A stretch of DNA of 64,000 nt from Bacteroidota bacterium (GTDB lineage: Bacteria > Bacteroidota > Bacteroidia > Cytophagales > Cyclobacteriaceae): contig VGMW01000001.1 of the NCBI GenBank assembly GCA_016866235.1, forward strand, positions 611,731 to 675,730, written 5' to 3'. Within the stretch, counting starts at the first letter, position 1. Each line of letters starts with the position of its first letter. The position numbers and the translations under genes are program-made. The notes below the pieces were generated by a model. It made no database searches and was not told the DNA's origin. It saw nothing but the letters and a program-made list of their open reading frames with translations. Of the stretch, positions 57,781 to 64,000 are shown piece by piece.

Positions 57781-59520
57781 TTAATTTTTCATACTCCTTA
57801 CGGTTGCCACCTCGTCTGCTGAAACAGCCGATGATTTATTTCCAAAAGCTGATCGTATGTAGGTCGCTACAGCAGCGATTTCATCGTCCTTCAGGAAGCC
57901 ATGCGCGCCCATTGCACCATCGTATGGTTTACCGTTAACCTTGATAGGGCCATTTAATCCATTAAGGATGACACCGATTAATTTTTGCTTATCCCCATTT
58001 ACCCAATCTGCACCTTCCAGTGGCGGAAATCTTGGTGGCGATCCTTTGCCGTTACCCTGGTGGCATGCAAGGCAATACGTGGCGTATATTTTTTCACCCT
58101 GCGAAACAGAACCCTTCTCTAAGTTGTCGGTAACAAAATCCGGTGTTCTTACATTGGAAAGTTTTTTCTGTTCTTCCATCCTATCCAATTCAGGCTTGCC
58201 AAAATTTTTCTTATCACCCTTAAACATCACGCGCCAGATTTTTCCTTTTTCCGTTTCAGAAAGATAAAGTGAGCCATCAGGCCCCATGGCAATAGCCATT
58301 GGACGGTATCGTGCATCACTGGTATTTACAATTGGATCTACGCCGGCAAAACCATTGGCAAAAACTTCCCATTGGCCTGTAGGTTTACCATCCTTGAAAG
58401 GAATAAACCCTACGAAATAACCTGCCTGTGGATAAGGCGCGCGATTGGTCGAACCGTGAAAGGCAATGAATGCACCATTTTTATAATGATCAGGGAACTG
58501 ATTACCGGTATAAAACAGCAAATCATTAGGGGCCCAATGGGCAGGGAAACCAAGAAGTGGTTGATTCATGGTGCTTCCTTCACCTTCCTTGACGCCATCT
58601 CCTCCGTACTCTGGATTTAATTTGCGTTTGTTCTCCACCTGATCATAATAGTAATAGGGCCAACCGCTGTTTGATCCTTCAGGAACTTTAAGAAATTCTT
58701 CAGAAGGAAAAACTGCACTTTGCCAAGGGTTGAAAAGTGCTGGCCAGGTTGAGTGAAGATTATCACGTCCATGAACTGCCACATACAAGGATGAATCTTG
58801 TTTATTCCAGTCCATGGCTACGATACTTCTAATGCCCGTGGCGTAGCGCTTCCCGTCTTTTAACGTTTGGTTGGGGATGGAATCGCTAAACTGCCAAACA
58901 CCACCATGCTCTGAAAGTTGTGAGCAGGGGAATTCACCAGGATAGCCGGGTATTCTGTTTTGCAACTGACAGACATCGCCTGGTGAACCAAAGGGTACAT
59001 ATACGTGGCCTTCCTCATCGAAGGCAATCGGTTTAGCGATGTGTTCATAGCCATGCGCATCATTTTTGTAATCATCTTTAACGATTAATTCAAAGCTGCC
59101 ACTTTGTACCAGGTTGCCTGTCGTCATCTTTACGCGCCAAAGCTCTCCTGCGGTGGTAAAGTACATATACCCTTTGTGCAGTCTCATGGCGGTCCCGTAG
59201 TTGCCTTCATCTGGGTAATCACCGAAATAATTAACTGAATCGGCTTTACCATCACCGGTTAAATCACGGAGTCCCACGATTCCTTTTGGCTTTCCGCCGC
59301 GGAGTTTGATGAAAATATCACCATTTCCTGCTACTGCCATGTGTCGCGCAGCGCCAGTGCTGTCGGCCACAACAAGCACCTCAAACCCATCGGGCACAGT
59401 AAGCCCTCCCTTATCGGGATCACCAGGTGGAAGTATTAATTTTTTCTCCCGACTGCATCCATAAAGCAGTACGGAAGTCGCCAGAAGCAACAGAATTTTT
59501 TTACGCAACATTTCGTTCAT
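57781..59520 (-). CDS. lipoprotein: PQQ-type (soluble glucose/sorbosone dehydrogenase-like) beta-propeller fused to a C-terminal cytochrome c domain
   Basis: About 579 aa from ATG 59520. Lipobox LLYGC. Propeller-like body. C-terminal heme motif CLACHQ with a distal Met region. Confidence 0.75.
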   Translation of the reverse strand: MNEMLRKKILLLLATSVLLYGCSREKKLILPPGDPDKGGLTVPDGFEVLVVADSTGAARHMAVAGNGDIFIKLRGGKPKGIVGLRDLTGDGKADSVNYFGDYPDEGNYGTAMRLHKGYMYFTTAGELWRVKMTTGNLVQSGSFELIVKDDYKNDAHGYEHIAKPIAFDEEGHVYVPFGSPGDVCQLQNRIPGYPGEFPCSQLSEHGGVWQFSDSIPNQTLKDGKRYATGIRSIVAMDWNKQDSSLYVAVHGRDNLHSTWPALFNPWQSAVFPSEEFLKVPEGSNSGWPYYYYDQVENKRKLNPEYGGDGVKEGEGSTMNQPLLGFPAHWAPNDLLFYTGNQFPDHYKNGAFIAFHGSTNRAPYPQAGYFVGFIPFKDGKPTGQWEVFANGFAGVDPIVNTSDARYRPMAIAMGPDGSLYLSETEKGKIWRVMFKGDKKNFGKPELDRMEEQKKLSNVRTPDFVTDNLEKGSVSQGEKIYATYCLACHQGNGKGSPPRFPPLEGADWVNGDKQKLIGVILNGLNGPIKVNGKPYDGAMGAHGFLKDDEIAAVATYIRSAFGNKSSAVSADEVATVRSMKN

Positions 59521-59534
59521 GAGGGCTACTGCTG

Positions 59535-60773
59535 TTAGGGCTTGTAAGGGTTGGCGGCCAGACCATTCAGGTCCCAAACCACTTCACCATTCAATAAAGT
59601 AAGGTGGCAGGTGAGTTTCTTATCGCCAGTCATTTTATTGTTGCCAACATCGATGAATCCAAATTTTCCAGTGTCAACTGAAAATAAGGCAACGTCTGCC
59701 GGGGCACCTGGACTTAAGTTGCCAAGGTCTTTTTTATTGATCACCTTGGCCGGCTCCCAGGTTGATTTAGCGATAACTTCCTGCAGGCTGAGCCCGATGT
59801 TTAGCAGCTTCGACATTACATTGGCCATGTCCTTCATGCCCCCGTTCATACTGCCGGTATGTAAATCAGTGCTGATGGTATTCGGCTTTAGTCCCTGCTT
59901 AATGGCTGGGATAGCTTGTGAGTACATGAAAGAGCCGCCGCCATGGCCGACATCAAAGATAATTCCGCGCTGCTGAGCCTTAAATGCGTAAGGTTGAACA
60001 GTGCCGTTTTCAACCACATGCATGCGGCCATCGGTCTGGCCGAAGCAGTGGGTTACGATGTCTCCAGGACGAAGTTTTTTAAGTAAAAGGGTGTCCCACG
60101 ACAGAACAGGATTCGCAGCACCAAAATCAATCATGACAGGAATCCCCGCTTGTCTTCCTGCTTCAACGGCTCTGTCCGTTGGTGTCCAATCAGAGCTCAT
60201 AAAGTGCGCGAGTTTGATCCCAACGATCTGATCAGGATACTGCTTGGCAACAAGGGCTGTTAGCTTGGAGTCCATATCGGTCGTATTCTGTTCGTAGGCT
60301 CCACCACGCATTCCGGCACCAACAATGTTGAGGAACGCGAACATTTTAGTTTTTGAATTCAGAAAGGTTTGGTCTCTGAAGTCAGTAAAATTTCTCCAAC
60401 CGGAACCGCCGGCGTCAACCACCGCTGTTACGCCTGCGCGGAAGGTAAAGCCATCTGGAGGTAATGCAGAATAGCCGTCGCTTAGGTAATGATCAGGCTC
60501 TGTTCCATAATAATGGTGTCCATGTAAATCGATTAAACCTGGAACGACATAGAGCCCTGTGGCGTCGATGGTCTTTTTAGCGTTCACGGACAATTTGGGG
60601 CCGACTTGTGAAATTTTACCGTCAGTAATAGCTACATCCATTACTGAGTTGATGTTATTTTTTGCATCGATGACGTGTCCATTTCGGATCACGATGTCAG
60701 CATTTTGTGCAACCAGCGAGCCGGCAACAAGCACCAGCACAACAAGAAGGGTTTGGTAAGCGGATTTGATCAT
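59535..60773 (-). CDS. secreted metal-dependent amidohydrolase (dihydroorotase/deacetylase-like superfamily)
   Basis: 412 aa. Sec-type leader MIKSAYQTLLVVLVLVAGSLVAQ. Metal-binding DLHGHH near the N-terminus and a later GHGGGS / TDLH pattern. Confidence 0.8.
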   Translation of the reverse strand: MIKSAYQTLLVVLVLVAGSLVAQNADIVIRNGHVIDAKNNINSVMDVAITDGKISQVGPKLSVNAKKTIDATGLYVVPGLIDLHGHHYYGTEPDHYLSDGYSALPPDGFTFRAGVTAVVDAGGSGWRNFTDFRDQTFLNSKTKMFAFLNIVGAGMRGGAYEQNTTDMDSKLTALVAKQYPDQIVGIKLAHFMSSDWTPTDRAVEAGRQAGIPVMIDFGAANPVLSWDTLLLKKLRPGDIVTHCFGQTDGRMHVVENGTVQPYAFKAQQRGIIFDVGHGGGSFMYSQAIPAIKQGLKPNTISTDLHTGSMNGGMKDMANVMSKLLNIGLSLQEVIAKSTWEPAKVINKKDLGNLSPGAPADVALFSVDTGKFGFIDVGNNKMTGDKKLTCHLTLLNGEVVWDLNGLAANPYKP

Positions 60774-60805
60774 GGTAGTTATTGTTTGGGGTTTAATTCA
60801 GAATT

Positions 60806-61891
60806 TTATTTTTCAGAGGCTTCGGTTGCCGGTCGATTGTGCCAGTAGGATGCCAGGGTAGATCCGGTAATGTTCATCAGTGGACCAAATATCGCTGGCG
60901 CCAAGGCAACAAGTTTTCCCATGCTCAGTGCTAGACCAGAAGCCAATCCACCATTTTGCAGACCAACTTCAATGGCAATGGTTCGGCATGATTTTTCATC
61001 CATCCTGAGCAGCTTGCAGGAATAATATCCCAGTAAATAACCAGTCAGGTTATGGATAAGGCAGGCAAGAACCAATAGTAGCCCTACTTCAATAAGACTG
61101 TCTCGGCCAGCTGCAGTGATAATGGTAATTATAGCGCCGATGGAAACCATCGATACCATTGGCATGGCTTTATCCAGCCATGGAAACTTTCCTCCCAAAA
61201 AATGGTTGAATAACAGCCCGGCACCAATCGGTGCGATGACAATTTTGATGATGTCCATCATCATGGTCATAAATTCAACCTGAATAAATGAACCAGCCAA
61301 TTGCTGCATTAAAAAAGGAGTGATCACCGGTGCCAGTAGTGTTGCCACGGCAGTGAGTGTGACAGACAATGCAACATTGGCATTGGCAATGTATGACATA
61401 ACATTAGAAGCCAGACCGCTGGGCACACAACCGACAAGTATTATCCCTGCAGCAATCTCAGAGGGAAAACCGAAGGTATTGGCGATGGTGTATCCAACAA
61501 AAGGCATGATGGTGAACTGGCAGACAATACCTATGAGAACAGGTTTTGGCATTTTGATGACGCCTTCAAAATCACGGATGCCCATGGTGGATCCTACCCC
61601 GAACATAATAAGTTGAAGCAGTGGTAAGATCAAAGTTTTTAGTGGAAGTCCACCGACGTTGGTAAAAAGCTGGGGGTGAAACATGGAAACGGTTACAGCA
61701 GCGAAAATCCAGGTCGTGTAGGAGAAGCCTCGAAGTTTTGGAATGAATCTGAGGCAGACTGCGGTAAGGACTATTCCCCCGATGAGCAGATACGAGGCTG
61801 CATCGGAGGAGAGACTTAATGAAATGAATCCGGCCAGAATTGCGATGAGTCCAAGAAACAAGGTCGAGAGGGCACGTGTATTTTTATTCAT
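60806..61891 (-). CDS. bile acid:Na+ symporter (BASS)-family transporter
   Basis: 361 aa, about 10 TM segments. QFTIMPFVGY, GCVPSGLASNVMSYIANANVALSVTLTA. Confidence 0.85.
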   Translation of the reverse strand: MNKNTRALSTLFLGLIAILAGFISLSLSSDAASYLLIGGIVLTAVCLRFIPKLRGFSYTTWIFAAVTVSMFHPQLFTNVGGLPLKTLILPLLQLIMFGVGSTMGIRDFEGVIKMPKPVLIGIVCQFTIMPFVGYTIANTFGFPSEIAAGIILVGCVPSGLASNVMSYIANANVALSVTLTAVATLLAPVITPFLMQQLAGSFIQVEFMTMMMDIIKIVIAPIGAGLLFNHFLGGKFPWLDKAMPMVSMVSIGAIITIITAAGRDSLIEVGLLLVLACLIHNLTGYLLGYYSCKLLRMDEKSCRTIAIEVGLQNGGLASGLALSMGKLVALAPAIFGPLMNITGSTLASYWHNRPATEASEK

Positions 61892-62083
61892 GCACGGGGT
61901 TTGGGTGACTTTAAATATACCAAACAGCCCCTCAATTTCAGAGCCATCCCTAAAAAACCTAGGCCATTAAATGGGTTTCCTGACCGTTTAAGCGCTCATT
62001 TCGGAGCGCCAAAAAAATAACCAACCAATCCTGCAACCTTGTTATTTATTTTCGGGTCTGTAGGCGGTAAATATTATTACAGA

Positions 62084-63325
62084 ATGATTAAAAATTTAAT
62101 ACAACTCGTTCAATTTCTGTTTTTGGTGCCAGTTTTTTTGGGTATTTCTCATGTAAAGGCACAAGTTTCTGATACGTTGAAATTTAAGGTCGGCGATAAA
62201 AGCTCGTTGCTTTTATTGTTGGATTCTAAAGAGGACCTGGATAGCCTGAGGTTTTTTAATTTCCGGGGTTTGGTCAATGATGCCGAAAGACATATTCAAA
62301 AGAAGGATTCACTTTCGGCAACCTCATCCCGTACCAAATATCTCCGGTCGTTGGAGGAGGTAGACTCCTTATTAGCAGACGCCATTCGACTCGCAGAGGA
62401 AAGACTTCAAAGTATGGCAAAGGACAATCCTGAGTATGAGCTTGAACTTGAATTACAGAAAGACAGAATCCGAAAACTTGCACGTAGCTACGATCAGCAA
62501 TTGCGTGAAGACATGGATCAGGAAAGATTTTCTGAGGATCGAGAACGTTTTTCAGAGGATCAGGGAAATCGAAGGGATTACAACTTCAACTTCAATTTTG
62601 ATTGGCCTGAAAAGTTTTTACAGCGAAGAGATCAGGATGACTGGGATGGTGAAGAACGCAAAAGAGAAAAAGCCGACCGTCGAAGGACCTACAATTCCTT
62701 TAATATTGATTTTGGAACCAATAATTTCTTACGTGAAGGAGAATTTGTAGATCAGGCAGCTGTACCCTACACCGTTCGGCCGCTTGGATCCTGGTATGTA
62801 GCAGCCAACAGTATTTATCGCACAAGACTTGCCAACAAACTTTTTATTGAATGGGGTTACGGTTTGGGTTTTTACAACTTTAAATTCCTTGACAACAACA
62901 TTCGTATAATCAAAACTCCTGATGAAGTCCGATTCGTTGAGGATGGCCGAGATGCAGACTTCATTAAAAGCAAATTAACAGCCTATTATGCGCAGGCTTC
63001 TTTTGTTCCAGTGTTAGACTTTGGTGGAAATCGCCACAAGCCGGGTATTTTTGATGACCATCGCTCCAGATCTTTCCGGATTGGTATTGGCCCCTACGCA
63101 GGTTACAGGATCGATAGTTTCTCCAAATTAGTTTTTGAGGAGGATGGTAGAAAAAAAACCGACCGTAACCATGACAATTTTTTCCTCGAGAACATTCGTT
63201 ATGGAGCCCGATTACAGTTTGGCGTACGGAATACCGACTTCTTTGTTAACTACGACATGAGTCAATTGTTCACCAAGGGAAAGGGTCCGGATGTAAATGC
63301 TTTTAGTTTCGGAGTTTCTTTTTAA
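62084..63325 (+). CDS. putative outer-membrane beta-barrel protein with a charged N-terminal coiled-coil/repeat region
   Basis: Internal ATG 62084 gives a signal peptide (LVQFLFLVPVFLGISHVKAQ). A highly charged central region carries a duplicated ERFSED. The C-terminal half is Y/G/F-rich and alternating, ending in FSFGVSF. Confidence 0.5.
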   Translation: MIKNLIQLVQFLFLVPVFLGISHVKAQVSDTLKFKVGDKSSLLLLLDSKEDLDSLRFFNFRGLVNDAERHIQKKDSLSATSSRTKYLRSLEEVDSLLADAIRLAEERLQSMAKDNPEYELELELQKDRIRKLARSYDQQLREDMDQERFSEDRERFSEDQGNRRDYNFNFNFDWPEKFLQRRDQDDWDGEERKREKADRRRTYNSFNIDFGTNNFLREGEFVDQAAVPYTVRPLGSWYVAANSIYRTRLANKLFIEWGYGLGFYNFKFLDNNIRIIKTPDEVRFVEDGRDADFIKSKLTAYYAQASFVPVLDFGGNRHKPGIFDDHRSRSFRIGIGPYAGYRIDSFSKLVFEEDGRKKTDRNHDNFFLENIRYGARLQFGVRNTDFFVNYDMSQLFTKGKGPDVNAFSFGVSF

Positions 63326-63338
63326 GCGAAACAGGAAT

Positions 63339-63346
63339 TATTTTTG
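63339..63346 (+). promoter_or_regulatory. -7-type motif (TATTTTTG) abutting the msrB start codon
   Basis: Perfect TAnnTTTG. Its G lies 4 nt before the A of ATG 63350. Confidence 0.3.
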
Positions 63347-63349
63347 ACG

Positions 63350-63802
63350 ATGTCAAAAATGATTACCTGGAAGGACATTATGGCTTATACCCGTAAGGGT
63401 AGTCCCGCCCCTGAACATCGCATGGAGAAATCGGCAGAGGCATGGAAATCGCAGCTCACCGAAGAACAATTCAGGGTTACCCGCGCCAAGGGCACTGAGT
63501 ATCCTTTTTCTGGTGAGTATTGCGAGTCGCACAATCCGGGAACCTATGCCTGTATTTGTTGTGGGCAGCTTCTATTCAAGTCTGACCTAAAATTTGATTC
63601 AGGTACCGGCTGGCCAAGTTTCACTCAACCAATTGCTGAAAATGCTATTGGATATCACCTCGATGAGAGTCACGGAATGGTGAGGGTGGAGGTGCTGTGC
63701 AGTTGTTGCGATGCACACCTTGGTCATGTGTTTCCTGATGGGCCAGATCCGTCAGGACTCAGGTATTGTATCAATTCTGTTTCGCTGATAAAAAAGGATT
63801 AG
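63350..63802 (+). CDS. msrB: peptide-methionine (R)-S-oxide reductase
   Basis: 150 aa from ATG 63350 (track: TTG 63344). Two CxxC zinc motifs (CICCG, CSCCD), GWPSF, catalytic RYCINS. Confidence 0.9.
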   Translation: MSKMITWKDIMAYTRKGSPAPEHRMEKSAEAWKSQLTEEQFRVTRAKGTEYPFSGEYCESHNPGTYACICCGQLLFKSDLKFDSGTGWPSFTQPIAENAIGYHLDESHGMVRVEVLCSCCDAHLGHVFPDGPDPSGLRYCINSVSLIKKD

Positions 63803-63803
63803 C

Positions 63804-64000
63804 TCACCTAATTCTTTTGAATACCCTAACTGGACTATTTTGAAAGGCGGCAAGCAACAATTGAGATCCATCCTTTTTAGTTAAAAACTGAATTGAACTG
63901 CATTGTCCCCGCAGGTCAAGATTGTCCTCAATCCCATGGTGGGCATCTAAGCTATTTTTTTCTGTTGTTTTAAGTATTCCTCCACTGCCAGCATCCAGTC
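63804..64000 (-). CDS. 3' end of an unidentified gene extending past the right edge
   Basis: My own translation: the minus-strand frame is open from 63998 down to TGA at 63806-63804 (...GIEDNLDLRGQCSSIQFLTKKDGSQLLLAAFQNSPVRVFKRIR*). It is not in the track because there is no start in the window. The product is unknown. Confidence 0.4.
   Translation of the reverse strand, partial: LDAGSGGILKTTEKNSLDAHHGIEDNLDLRGQCSSIQFLTKKDGSQLLLAAFQNSPVRVFKRIR

Noticed and set aside
61992-62009. GCGCTC-ATTTCG-GAGCGC hairpin upstream of the BASS-transporter operon, considered as a terminator
   Set aside because: It lies in a divergent promoter region. On the plus strand it is followed by an A-run rather than a T-run, and on the minus strand the T-run precedes rather than follows it, so neither strand has terminator geometry. 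The stem is only 6 bp.
1-64000. CRISPR arrays, tRNA/rRNA genes, IS elements, integrases, prophage or toxin-antitoxin/defence modules
   Set aside because: I saw no direct-repeat/spacer periodicity and no cloverleaf-like or rRNA-like stretches in the intergenic gaps, the largest of which are 341 and 293 nt. No ORF has transposase, integrase, nuclease or defence-type ATPase motifs. tRNAscan, Infernal and ISfinder searches were not possible here.

Overview
This 64-kb window looks like core chromosome of a member of the Bacteroidota. The evidence is the gene content (HmuY/TonB-receptor pair, OmpH, ftsK-lolA, many lipobox and OM-barrel proteins), the absence of Shine-Dalgarno-type spacing, and 14 perfect TAnnTTTG '-7' promoter motifs just upstream of start codons. 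I call 59 protein-coding genes, two of them cut by the window edges. Many adjacent genes overlap by a few nucleotides at stop/start (TGATG, ATGA, GTGA).

Most genes are housekeeping: miaB, holA, purL, accBC, efp, fabH, rpmF, pdxA, rsmA, mgtE, aspS, tadA, cinA, sodA, lolA, ftsK, pyrD, plsC, rsmG, msrB. Regulators are two sigma-54 activators (one with no sensor domain), a hybrid histidine kinase, an AraC regulator and an ECF-type sigma factor. I found no rRNA, tRNA, CRISPR array, transposase or integrase, prophage, or recognisable phage-defence genes.

Nothing here is an unmistakable new system. The best candidates, in order:
- A five-gene operon at 56039-61891 whose soluble products all carry export signals: RidA, a SelA-fold PLP enzyme, a beta-propeller dehydrogenase fused to cytochrome c, and an amidohydrolase, plus a BASS transporter. 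It may be an extracytoplasmic deamination pathway.
- The housekeeping EF-P, whose modified loop tip reads PGNLRA instead of the usual PGKG.
- A histidine-free HmuY-like lipoprotein in a TonB-receptor/AraC module with an orphan 131-aa gene.
- A GH32-like lipoprotein that lacks all three catalytic motifs.

All family calls come from reading motifs by eye. No database search was run. Start codons taken from the ORF track were moved to internal ATGs where a signal peptide or an upstream-gene overlap argued for it.
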